A stretch of DNA of 64,000 nucleotides from an uncultured Desulfarculus sp. (GTDB taxonomy: Bacteria; Desulfobacterota; Desulfarculia; Desulfarculales; Desulfarculaceae): assembly GCA_963665125.2 (NCBI GenBank), contig CAXXUK010000002.1:480001-544000 (forward strand), written 5' to 3'. Positions 31,923 to 40,944 of this stretch are shown piece after piece. The notes under the pieces are model-generated. The model was not told the DNA's origin and ran no database searches. It worked only from the letters and a program-made list of their open reading frames with translations. The position numbers and the translations under genes are program-made. Each line of letters begins with the position of its first letter. The stretch's first letter is position 1.

Positions 31923-32489
31923 TTACACTTCAATGGCGGCTAGGACGAACGTCAACAATTCACGCATGTCCTCTTCATCACCAGCGATGGATCCGCTACG
32001 AAAATACGTAACTGCTTGGAACAGTTTGAAAACGAAATAGGCGGCGGTGCGCACCTTCATTGTACGGAATTTACCCGTTTGCATGCCCTCTTCCAAGACT
32101 TCGCCCAGTAAGTCCAAAATGCCTTCTTCCACCTGCAAACGGAAGGGTTCGGCCAGAAACGGCAGGTATAGGTTATCTTCGTCGCGCAATATCTTGACCA
32201 TGAACGGTTCCCGGCTGAAGTAGCCCACCGCCGCCGGGACTATGGCCTTGAGCCTCTCCACCGGATCCTGGACATGCCCGACCTGTTCCAGTATGGACTT
32301 GCGGGCCTTGAAAGCCTCGTCGATGAATACGGCGACGAACAGTTCTTCCTTGCTGCGGAAAAACTCGTACAAGGTCTTTTTACTGATGGCCGCGGCCTTG
32401 GCCACTTCGTCCATGGTTGTCTTTTTGACACCGAAACGGTCAAAAAGAGATCTCGCCGCTTCAAGTACTTTATTCTGCCGTTGGTCCAT
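31923..32489 (-). CDS. TetR/AcrR-family regulator
   Basis: AARSLFDRFGVKKTTMDEVAKAAAISKKTLYEFFRSKEEL. Confidence 0.9.
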   Translation of the reverse strand: MDQRQNKVLEAARSLFDRFGVKKTTMDEVAKAAAISKKTLYEFFRSKEELFVAVFIDEAFKARKSILEQVGHVQDPVERLKAIVPAAVGYFSREPFMVKILRDEDNLYLPFLAEPFRLQVEEGILDLLGEVLEEGMQTGKFRTMKVRTAAYFVFKLFQAVTYFRSGSIAGDEEDMRELLTFVLAAIEV

Positions 32490-32619
32490 GGCCGGCCAGT
32501 CCCCTTGCAGTGTAATCATGTACGAACTTGGGCAGATATTACACTTTAAGCTGGGTAATGTATAGGCGGTAGAAGCGGGCAGGGGCGGCAGATCAGCGCG
32601 CCCCCACCCGTAAGGGGCT

Positions 32620-33042
32620 TTATCCGCAACTTTGGAATTTGGGAGCCTCGGGCACGCAGTCGGCGCCTTGGCCGGGGCAGTCAATGATGCAGATCAGTTC
32701 CACTGGCTCATCGCCCAGCACGGTACCGCGGTGCTGCTCGTCTTCGTAAAACACCACGCAATCGCCGGGTCCGGCCTCGACCTTTTCGCCGTCGCCGTTT
32801 TCAAAGACCATGCGCCCGCTGATGATTAGCGGGGATTGCACGTATGTGTGGTTGTGAAAGGGGATCATCTCCAGAGGCAGGCCGGGTTGCAGAGTATAGC
32901 GGCGCACGGCGTGTTTGTGGTGATAACGTTCGTCGCCCACTTCATTGCTGAATATCCACTGGATGATCATCATGTCGTTTGGCAGGCCGAAAGGCTTGCC
33001 CACATCGATCTTTTGCACATCGTCTCTTTTACGCAGGATCAT
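32620..33042 (-). CDS. Cupin-domain protein
   Basis: PFHNH...IISGRMVF...GPGDCVVFYEDEQHRG. Confidence 0.8.
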   Translation of the reverse strand: MILRKRDDVQKIDVGKPFGLPNDMMIIQWIFSNEVGDERYHHKHAVRRYTLQPGLPLEMIPFHNHTYVQSPLIISGRMVFENGDGEKVEAGPGDCVVFYEDEQHRGTVLGDEPVELICIIDCPGQGADCVPEAPKFQSCG

Positions 33043-33056
33043 TTTTTCACTCCTAA

Positions 33057-33887
33057 TTACTTGATGCCGGTGACCAGCAATGACGGCTCATGGCCGGGAA
33101 TGATGAAACCGGGCTCGTCTTTTTCCGCGATGGCCTTGACCTTCTGAACGCTGTCGTAGAAGGCGTAGTAGTCGTAAATAATGGAATGCGGCACGGCCGG
33201 ACCGAATACCTCCGGCGCCGGAGGTATGGCGTGGGTTTTGCCGTGCATGTCCATCATTTCCGTCAGGCCGGGGAACATCATGAAGTTGAAAAGAGATAAA
33301 TCGCCAACCAGGACCCTGACGCCGCCGGCCGTGTTGACGGCCACCGACTGGCTGCCCAGGGAGTGGCCCGGCGTTTTGTAGAGTTTTATGCCGTCGGCTA
33401 TCTCATAGTCGCCGTCAATGGCCAGCCGGGGCATGGCCTTGATTTCTTCCACCACGCCGGGGTCATAGTCCATGCGGATGTTCTGCACGGGCAGGGGCGA
33501 AAGCAGATTGAGCCATTCGTCTTTTTGAAAGACAAGCTTGGCGTTTTCAAAAAGTTTGCAGTTGGCCGCGTGGTCGTTGTGCAGGTGGGTGTAGATCACC
33601 GTGTCGATGTCTTTGGGCCCCAGGCCTTCCTTTTCCAGGGCCGACTTGATGAACGAACTGCCGCCCTCGGCGGGCAACAGGCCCCAGGCCATGCCGTCGA
33701 TGATGAAGTTTTCCGAAATACCCGAGTCGACCAGGATGTTGCGGCCCTGGCTTTGCAATAAAAAACCCAGGTACGGCGCGCTGAGCTCTGGGTCGGTTTG
33801 CAGCGGTGGCATGCCGTTGGGCCAGATCAACGACAGTTTGGCCGTGATCTTGCCCAGATAAAGCACCTTGATTTCCCATTTGGTCAC
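33057..33887 (-). CDS. Metallo-beta-lactamase-fold hydrolase (AHL lactonase-like)
   Basis: ILVDSG, THLHNDH, TPGHS, GD, PGHE; GTG start with GGAGG RBS. Confidence 0.85.
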   Translation of the reverse strand: MTKWEIKVLYLGKITAKLSLIWPNGMPPLQTDPELSAPYLGFLLQSQGRNILVDSGISENFIIDGMAWGLLPAEGGSSFIKSALEKEGLGPKDIDTVIYTHLHNDHAANCKLFENAKLVFQKDEWLNLLSPLPVQNIRMDYDPGVVEEIKAMPRLAIDGDYEIADGIKLYKTPGHSLGSQSVAVNTAGGVRVLVGDLSLFNFMMFPGLTEMMDMHGKTHAIPPAPEVFGPAVPHSIIYDYYAFYDSVQKVKAIAEKDEPGFIIPGHEPSLLVTGIK

Positions 33888-33931
33888 TTTGGTCCTCCCT
33901 GAAATAGACAAAAAAACTAAAAGCGTTTATA

Positions 33932-33959
33932 AGTTTACATAAGCCGATGTTTGTGTCAA
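33932..33959 (-). promoter_or_regulatory. Putative sigma70 promoter for the MBL-cupin-TetR genes
   Basis: Minus strand TTGACA-N16-TAAACT. Confidence 0.45.
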
Positions 33960-34110
33960 TATTTTTTATGTATGCGACAAAAGCCTGATAATCGCAGGGA
34001 CATCTTGCCAGGAGCCCCTAATTGGGATAGACCTTTAGGCCAGTGCTGAGATTAAATTCACAATGAGAATCCGCCGCCATACGCGGCGCGTTCAACCATG
34101 GAGTTGCACA

Positions 34111-35823
34111 ATGAAATTGGTAATCATCGGTGGAGTAGCCGGAGGGGCTACGGCAGCGGCCAGGGCCCGTCGTTTGGACGAGAGCGCTGAAATAGTAATT
34201 TACGAGCGGGGCCAGTATGTTTCGTTCGCCAACTGCGGTCTGCCCTATTACATAGGCGAGGTGATCCAGGAGCGCGACGCCCTTTTGGTCAGCACCCCGG
34301 AGATGTTCAAGGGTAAATACAACGTCGACGTCAAGGTGATGAGCGAAGCCGTGGCCATCGACCGCCAGGCCAAGACCGTGACCGTCAAGCACCTGATGAC
34401 CGGCCAGGAGATCACCGAAAGTTATGACAAGCTGATTCTCTCTCCCGGCGCCGAACCGGTAAAGCCTCCCCTGCCCGGCGTGGATCTGCCCGGCGTGCTG
34501 AGCCTGCGTTCCATCCCGGATTCGGATACGATCAAGGCCCTGGTGGATTCGGGCAAGGTCAAAAAGGCCGTGGTGGTCGGCGGCGGCTTCATAGGCCTGG
34601 AGATGGCCGAAAACCTGGCCGAGCGCGGCGTGCGGATTACCCTTGTCGAGGCCATGGACCAGGTCATGCCTCCCATTGACTATGAAATGGCCACCTTGGT
34701 CCACGCCAACCTGGAGCTCAAAGGCGTCGACCTGCGCCTGAAGACCAGGATCACCGGTTTTGAACAGGCCGGAGAGGGCCTGCTGGTCAACACCGAGGCC
34801 GGCGACAAGATCGAATGCGACCTGGCCCTTTTGTCAATCGGCGTGCGCCCGGAAAACGAGTTGGCCAAACAGGCTGGCCTGGACATTGGCCCCAGGGGCC
34901 ACTTCCTGGTGGACAACAGCCTGCGCACCAACGATCCGGACATTTTCGCCGTGGGCGACGCCGTGCAGATCTGGGACTATGTCACCGGTCTGCCCGTGGC
35001 CATGGCGCTGGCCGGTCCGGCCAACCGCCAGGGCCGCATCGCCGCCGACAACGCCATGGGCCGCTCCACCGTGTACCGCGGGGCCCTGGGCACTTCCGTG
35101 GTGGGCCTGTTCGGCCAGGTCATCGCCAGCACCGGGCCGTCCCAGAAATTCCTGGAGGCCAACAACGTGCCCCATATGGTCGTCTACAGCCATTCGCCCA
35201 ACCACGCCAGCTACTACCCGGGCTCGGAGATGATGGCCGTCAAGCTCATCTTCGCTCCGGGCAGCGGCAGGGTCCTGGGCGGCCAGATCATTGGCGGTCC
35301 GGGCGCGGAAAGGCGCATCGACGTGCTGGCCACGGCGGCCAAGGCCGGGCTGAGCGTATTCGACCTGGAAGAGCTGGACCTGGCCTATGCACCGCCGTTC
35401 GGCTCGGCCCGGGACCCAATCAACGTGGCGGGCATGGTGGCGGCCAACATGCTGCGCGGCGACATGAAAGCCGTTACGCCCCTGGCCATCGAGGACATGG
35501 ACCCGGAGAACGATGTGCTCATCGACGTGCGCTTTGACGACGAAGTGGAAGAAACGGGCACCATCAAGGGCTCCATGCACATCCCTCTGCCCCAGCTGCG
35601 CTCGCGGCTGCCCATTCTGGACAAGTCCAAGCGCTACCTGGTGTACTGCGCCATCGGCCTGCGGGGCTATCTGGCCTACCGCATCATGGTCCAAAACGGC
35701 TTTAACGTGGTGAATATCCTGGGCGGTTTCGGCCTGTACAGGCCCTGGTTGGGCCGGGCGGAAGGCGCCATCGTGGACAAGGATCAGGCAATCACCCTGG
35801 GCGCGGCCTTTGCCGCCTCGTAG
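34111..35823 (+). CDS. CoA-disulfide reductase-like FAD oxidoreductase with rhodanese domain
   Basis: GGVAGG, SFANCGLPY, GGGFIGLE, YAPPF, rhodanese YCAIGLRG. Confidence 0.92.
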   Translation: MKLVIIGGVAGGATAAARARRLDESAEIVIYERGQYVSFANCGLPYYIGEVIQERDALLVSTPEMFKGKYNVDVKVMSEAVAIDRQAKTVTVKHLMTGQEITESYDKLILSPGAEPVKPPLPGVDLPGVLSLRSIPDSDTIKALVDSGKVKKAVVVGGGFIGLEMAENLAERGVRITLVEAMDQVMPPIDYEMATLVHANLELKGVDLRLKTRITGFEQAGEGLLVNTEAGDKIECDLALLSIGVRPENELAKQAGLDIGPRGHFLVDNSLRTNDPDIFAVGDAVQIWDYVTGLPVAMALAGPANRQGRIAADNAMGRSTVYRGALGTSVVGLFGQVIASTGPSQKFLEANNVPHMVVYSHSPNHASYYPGSEMMAVKLIFAPGSGRVLGGQIIGGPGAERRIDVLATAAKAGLSVFDLEELDLAYAPPFGSARDPINVAGMVAANMLRGDMKAVTPLAIEDMDPENDVLIDVRFDDEVEETGTIKGSMHIPLPQLRSRLPILDKSKRYLVYCAIGLRGYLAYRIMVQNGFNVVNILGGFGLYRPWLGRAEGAIVDKDQAITLGAAFAAS

Positions 35824-36965
35824 AGCCTGAACAGACGGTCCATCAGATCAGCCGGATCAAAGCGGGCGCGGACGAAACGCAAACCGTTCGCGCCCATTTT
35901 TTGGGCCTTGGAGCCGTCATCCAGGCGCGCTGCGGCGTCGGCCAGGGCCGCGGCATCGCCGGGCGGCACGATATAGCCGCTTTGGCCGTGATCCAGCCAG
36001 TCGCCCACGCCGCCTACATCCGAGGCTATGGCCGGTATGCCCAGGTGCAGGGCCTCCAGCCCGACGATGCCGAAGGGCTCGGCCCACAGGCTGGGCAGCC
36101 ACAGGCTGCGGGCACCGGCCAACATAGCGCTCATGCCCCGGCGGTCCTGCCAGCCCTTGAAAACGATGCGCCCCCCGGAGTTCCGGGCCCGTTTGACGAT
36201 TTCATCCTGCATCGGTCCGCTGCCGGCCACCCACAGAGGCGGGCCGCCGCGCATCATCCCGGCCGCGTCCAGGGCCACGGCCACGCCCTTATGGCGCACC
36301 AGGCGGCAGGCCAGCAGGTGATAGCCGCCGGGGTCGCCGGTGGGCTTTTCCGTGATGCGGTGAACAAACGGCGGCAGCACCCGCAGGCGGCTCGGCCTCA
36401 GCCCGGCCTTTGTAAGCATCGCGGCCATGTATTGGGAGAGGACCAGCACCCTGCGCATCAGCCCGAGAGACTTCAGCCGCCGCCTGGTCACGGCGGCCAG
36501 GGCCTGGAAATAATCCATATCGTCAAAGCAGGCCGCGCAGTGGGAGCCCAGAGGCCTGCGGCAGGGTTGGCCGCTTGGGGTGATCATGCCCCGGCCGGGA
36601 CAAAAGGGCCGATGGTCCTGGACAATGGCCACGCACGGCGCCAGACGGGCCGCTGCGGCCGTCAGGGCCGGGTCCACCACGTTGTGGATGTGGATCACCT
36701 CGGGCTCGAAGTCGTTGATCGCCGCGGCCAGGCGCCGGAGAGCACCCCGGCCGCCCCTTGGGGCCAGTCCGCTGCGGTCCAGGCCCTTGCAGCGGGCCAT
36801 GGGGCCGATGCGCCGCCGTTCGGAAAGGGGCACGGACCTGTCGTCCCGGCCAAATACGAGCCGTGTCTCGGCCCGGCCCTGGGACAGTTCCAGGATGCCC
36901 AGCATGTGGCGGTCGGCCCCGCCGTACGCCGAGAGACGGTCGGCCATGTGCAATACGCGCAACAT
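35784..36965 (-). CDS. Glycosyltransferase family 4
   Basis: PSLWAEPFGIVGLEA, ASDVGG motifs; start at MLRVLHMAD; 3' end overlaps the convergent gene. Confidence 0.88.
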   Translation of the reverse strand: MLRVLHMADRLSAYGGADRHMLGILELSQGRAETRLVFGRDDRSVPLSERRRIGPMARCKGLDRSGLAPRGGRGALRRLAAAINDFEPEVIHIHNVVDPALTAAAARLAPCVAIVQDHRPFCPGRGMITPSGQPCRRPLGSHCAACFDDMDYFQALAAVTRRRLKSLGLMRRVLVLSQYMAAMLTKAGLRPSRLRVLPPFVHRITEKPTGDPGGYHLLACRLVRHKGVAVALDAAGMMRGGPPLWVAGSGPMQDEIVKRARNSGGRIVFKGWQDRRGMSAMLAGARSLWLPSLWAEPFGIVGLEALHLGIPAIASDVGGVGDWLDHGQSGYIVPPGDAAALADAAARLDDGSKAQKMGANGLRFVRARFDPADLMDRLFRLYEAAKAAPRVIA

Positions 36966-37071
36966 GGCTTCTTTATGTAACAAGTTATGGGGGATTGGGA
37001 AAGCCCGGAACGGCCTAAAGGATCGGCCGCTGGAAAAAAAGCCGCTCCGGGCGGGGTGTGCGTTGACGGGC

Positions 37072-37437
37072 CTAGGCGAAAATATTGTCGGGTTTGTAGG
37101 GGTGAGTGCCCTCCACGACATCCACGCCGCATTTGGCCTTGATCTTTTTGATGATGGTTTCGGCATGGGGGCAGTGGTCGGTGATGCACGGGGCGATGTG
37201 CACCTTGGTCGGCTTTTCCTCCATGGGCGCGTTCCACAGCTTTACCTGGGCCAGGCGGGTGACAATGGTGGCGCCGGGGCAGTCGCCGCAGTTCAACAGG
37301 CCCATGACCTGGGCGTCGCTGTCGGCATAGGCCGCGAAATCGCCCTCACGGCGGTTGAAGCCCACCAGACAGCGGCTGCAACCGATGCAGACGTCGTCCA
37401 TTGCCTTTTTGCATCCAACTATGAGAATTTTTTCCAC
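37072..37437 (-). CDS. CGGC-domain putative metal-binding protein
   Basis: CIGCSRC, NCGDCPG, HIAPC, CPH, EGTH. Confidence 0.85.
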   Translation of the reverse strand: MEKILIVGCKKAMDDVCIGCSRCLVGFNRREGDFAAYADSDAQVMGLLNCGDCPGATIVTRLAQVKLWNAPMEEKPTKVHIAPCITDHCPHAETIIKKIKAKCGVDVVEGTHPYKPDNIFA

Positions 37438-37467
37438 CTGCTACCTCACTTTTGCTTTTCGGGTGAA

Positions 37468-37863
37468 TTACGCTGTAAGCGCGCCCACGGCAACCAGCGC
37501 GTCAAAAAGTACCTGGGCTTCGTTTTGGCCGGGATTGGGCGGCAGCTTGGCCAGCAGGCCCAAACCCTCCGAGGCCTCGTGAAAGTCTTCGTCGCTCAAA
37601 TCGCTGACCACGGCGCACCCCACCAGGGCGTTGACCCAGACAAGGCGGCCCGCCAGCTCCAGGCCGGTCATGTCCGGCAGGTTCTGTCCGCAGACCAACA
37701 GGACCGGGGCGACTTCCCGGACCCGTTCCAGGGCCTCCTCGCCCGTGGCCGCGGTTATGGCCAGTAAACCCTTTTGGGCCAATCCGGCAGCCAGTTCATC
37801 GGGGTTTTTCATGGCCAGCACACAGACTGGTTTGTTGTCCGTATTCAAATGACTACACTCCAT
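37468..37863 (-). CDS. Degenerate response-regulator receiver-like protein
   Basis: ATGEEAL, LPDMTGLEL; lacks the canonical acidic phosphorylation pocket. Confidence 0.6.
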   Translation of the reverse strand: MECSHLNTDNKPVCVLAMKNPDELAAGLAQKGLLAITAATGEEALERVREVAPVLLVCGQNLPDMTGLELAGRLVWVNALVGCAVVSDLSDEDFHEASEGLGLLAKLPPNPGQNEAQVLFDALVAVGALTA

Positions 37864-38100
37864 TTAGTTAGGGTCGTCTATCAAGATTCAAGGATCGTAC
37901 CAATGTGGGCCAAATGGTTGTTAAACTATAACAGCATGTTAGACGGAGGCACTACTTGGCGGCGCTGTTGTGAAATGCAATATGAAATGGTTATATTGCA
38001 AAATGAAATATTGCTGGCGGGCATAACCTTTGACGAAGCAGCCCGAGTGCATTAGAATCCTCCACGTTTGATACATGTTCGAACGGATTGCGGTGAAAAA

Positions 38101-39465
38101 ATGGCGCATTCCAGCGTAAATACATGGGGCGGACCGTTTCGCCTGCTGGTGGGCTCCTTTGCCGGGCTTATTTTCCTGGGCGCGGCCGTGTTGGCCATGC
38201 CTTTTTGTCACGCCGCCGAACCGGTAAAACTCCTCGACTGCCTGTTTACCTCCGTCAGCGCGGTGTGCGTCACCGGGCTGATCACCGTAGACACGGCCAC
38301 GGTGTGGTCGCCCGTTGGCCAGATCGTTATAGCCCTGTTGATTCAACTGGGCGGCATGGGCATCATGACCTATTCCATCGCCCTGTTGTATCTGGCCGGT
38401 CGTCAGCCGGGCATGCGCAGCCGCCTGGCCCTGCGCAGCGCCTTGGGCCCCATTCCGGTCAGCGAACTGGGCCTGATGATCCGCAATATCGTCCTCTACA
38501 CCGCCACCTTGGAACTGGTGGGGGCGGCGCTGTTGTACTGGCGTTTCAGTCAGCAGTTCCCGCCGCTCAAGGCCGCCGGGTTCGCCCTGTTTCACGCCAT
38601 CAGCGCCTTTTGCAACGCCGGTTTCGCTTTGTTCAGCGACAGTTTGATGGGATATGCCCACGACCCCCTGGTCAACCTGACCGTCATGGGCCTGATCTTT
38701 TTGGGCGGCATCGGCTTTTTGGTGCTCAGGGAGTTGCAGCAGCGCATTTTCAGGCGCAATGTACGCCATCCCAGAATGAGCCTCAGCGCCAAGATGGCTC
38801 TGCGCACATCGTTGGTGCTTATCGTCCTGGGCACGGTGGCCATAGCCGTATTGGAACTGGCCACCGACATCGGCCCGGATTTCGACCGCCACCCCTGGCA
38901 ATTCATCTTTTGCTCGGTGACCGCCCGCACGGCCGGTTTCAACACCATTGATTTGAATCTGCTGAGCAATTCATCGATTTTGATCCTGATGCTGCTGATG
39001 TTCATCGGAGCAAGCCCCGGATCGACCGGCGGCGGAGTCAAGACCACGGTATTCGCCACCATTTGGGCCATGGCCTATTCGCGGATGAGGGGCCGCCCCA
39101 CCACCGAGGCCTCCTACCGCACCATATCCGAAAACCAGGTCTCCCAGGCCCTGGCCCTGGTGCTGATCAGCCTGGGCGCGGTGGTGGTGGCCACTGTCTT
39201 GATGACCAGCATCGGAACCCTGGACCCTCTAACCGGCCATCATCGGGGCGATTTCCTGGTATTGGGTTTCGAGGTGGTCAGCGCCCTGGCCACGGTGGGC
39301 CTGAGCCTGGGCGCCACTCCCGTGCTGTCGGACGGGGGCAAGGTGGTTATAATCTTGTTGATGTTCATCGGCCGTCTGGGGCCGCTGACCTTGATCTACG
39401 CCCTGGCCTCACGCACCAGGGCCACGGGATATCAATTGGCCGAGGAGCAGATAGTCCTGGGCTAA
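38101..39465 (+). CDS. ktrB: Ktr/TrkH-family potassium uptake membrane subunit
   Basis: SAVCVTGL, SAFCNAGF, TARTAGF, GSTGGGVK, ATVGLS pore motifs. Confidence 0.92.
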   Translation: MAHSSVNTWGGPFRLLVGSFAGLIFLGAAVLAMPFCHAAEPVKLLDCLFTSVSAVCVTGLITVDTATVWSPVGQIVIALLIQLGGMGIMTYSIALLYLAGRQPGMRSRLALRSALGPIPVSELGLMIRNIVLYTATLELVGAALLYWRFSQQFPPLKAAGFALFHAISAFCNAGFALFSDSLMGYAHDPLVNLTVMGLIFLGGIGFLVLRELQQRIFRRNVRHPRMSLSAKMALRTSLVLIVLGTVAIAVLELATDIGPDFDRHPWQFIFCSVTARTAGFNTIDLNLLSNSSILILMLLMFIGASPGSTGGGVKTTVFATIWAMAYSRMRGRPTTEASYRTISENQVSQALALVLISLGAVVVATVLMTSIGTLDPLTGHHRGDFLVLGFEVVSALATVGLSLGATPVLSDGGKVVIILLMFIGRLGPLTLIYALASRTRATGYQLAEEQIVLG

Positions 39466-39481
39466 ACGCGGAGGCAAACCA

Positions 39482-40135
39482 ATGGAAGTCGCAGTCATAG
39501 GCCTTGGTAACTTTGGCCGGGCCCTGACCGAGCAGCTTTTTGAACTTGGTCACGACATTTCCGTGGTCGATTCCAACCCTGCGGCCGTGGCCAAGGTCCA
39601 GGGCATCGCCCAACAGGCCGTGGTGGCCGACGCCACCAACCGCGGCGTGCTGGAAGAACTGGGCGTGAGCATGGCCGGAGCGGCCGTGATATCGGTGGGC
39701 GACAGCATCGGCGCCAGCGTGTTGATCACCCTGCACCTCAAGGAAATGGCCGTGCCCCAGATCATGGCCAAGGCCATCAGCACCGAACACGAAAAAGTGC
39801 TTTTGGCCGTGGGAGCCGACCGAGTGGTCTTTCCGGAGCGCGACGCGGCCCACCGCCTGGCCGGGACCCTGGACAACCCGGACCTGATGGAGTTTTTGCC
39901 CATCGGCGGCGAATACCACGTGGTGGAGATGGAAACCCCCAAGTCCATGGTCGGCAAGACCCTGATGGGCCTCGACCTGCGCAAGAATTACAATGTCAAC
40001 GTCATCGCCCTGCGCGAAAAGGGCAGCCAGCGCACCAGGGTGGTCATCAGCCCCGACTACGTCCTTACCGGCAATGACCGCATGGTGGTCCTGGGCGCGG
40101 CCAAGGACCTGGATCGCCTGCGCAAGGAGACTTGA
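39482..40135 (+). CDS. ktrA: KtrA/TrkA-family RCK regulatory subunit
   Basis: VIGLGNFG, GADRVVFPE, TrkA-C region. Confidence 0.92.
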   Translation: MEVAVIGLGNFGRALTEQLFELGHDISVVDSNPAAVAKVQGIAQQAVVADATNRGVLEELGVSMAGAAVISVGDSIGASVLITLHLKEMAVPQIMAKAISTEHEKVLLAVGADRVVFPERDAAHRLAGTLDNPDLMEFLPIGGEYHVVEMETPKSMVGKTLMGLDLRKNYNVNVIALREKGSQRTRVVISPDYVLTGNDRMVVLGAAKDLDRLRKET

Positions 40136-40249
40136 TAGCGTTGTGAAATTGTCAGCCTTTTGGCTTTCACACTTTGCAAAAAAACAGCAATTATTCAGAA
40201 AGAAAAGCCAAGGATCTAAACAATAATAATAGCGATAATATCTAAGTGA

Positions 40250-40866
40250 TTATGGATTGGAAGTGGTCGGTTCGTTGCACTTGAAAATTTTGACATGCTT
40301 AGCCATTTCAGATGGTTGATGGCACCACTCACCATCCCATGATACCTCAAAAAAATATGGTTTTTTTGAGGTATAGTTATCCGAATCAATATCGACGGCA
40401 TAAATAACAGTTTCTCCTGGATTTACAAAACCATCAAAACTAATCGATGTCCATCTCAATCCTGGTGTAAACTTTTTATTAATTATATCGATATGCCCAA
40501 AGTCAACTAGTCTTGGCTTCCTTACTCTCGGAAAAGGATCGACATTATGCTCTTCACTAGGGGTCCACAGTAACTGATATGAACCAGTTAGATTGCCTTT
40601 TTTAAATGAGCCGTCGCTGTTTTTTTTATAATAATCAGAGAGTATAATTCGTACATTATTTGCGGGTTTTAATTCATTTTTATTAGTTACTTTTAAGTGC
40701 CAAAAATAGTAAGGTAACCAACTTCAGAATACAAATCTAGAGATATACTTGTTTTGTTTCACCATATTCTTAGCCTTTCCTGAAAGAGAGCAATAATTGC
40801 AACGATCAACAATATTATGGTTTCAAAATTAATATTCCAAAAAGATTGGTTAGCCTCTCCACTCAT
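40250..40866 (-). pseudogene. Degraded AT-rich gene for an N-terminally membrane-anchored hypothetical protein
   Basis: ATG 40866 with AAGGTGG RBS reads MSGEANQSFWNINFETIILLIVAIIALFQERLRIW* (TGA 40761-40759); after a frameshift near 40710 an open frame YFWHLKVTNK...TTSNP runs to 40250. Confidence 0.55.
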
Positions 40867-40944
40867 ATTAATCCACCTTTGGATTGAGTTTCAGAAGAAT
40901 AACAATAACATATTAAGAAATTGGTGTATTGGCCTAAATTGGTT

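Noticed and set aside
40759..40761. In-frame TGA in the AT-rich gene as Sec
   Set aside because: Context (IW-TGA-NK) suggests a Trp-to-stop mutation; there is no Cys-type motif or hairpin, and a frameshift follows
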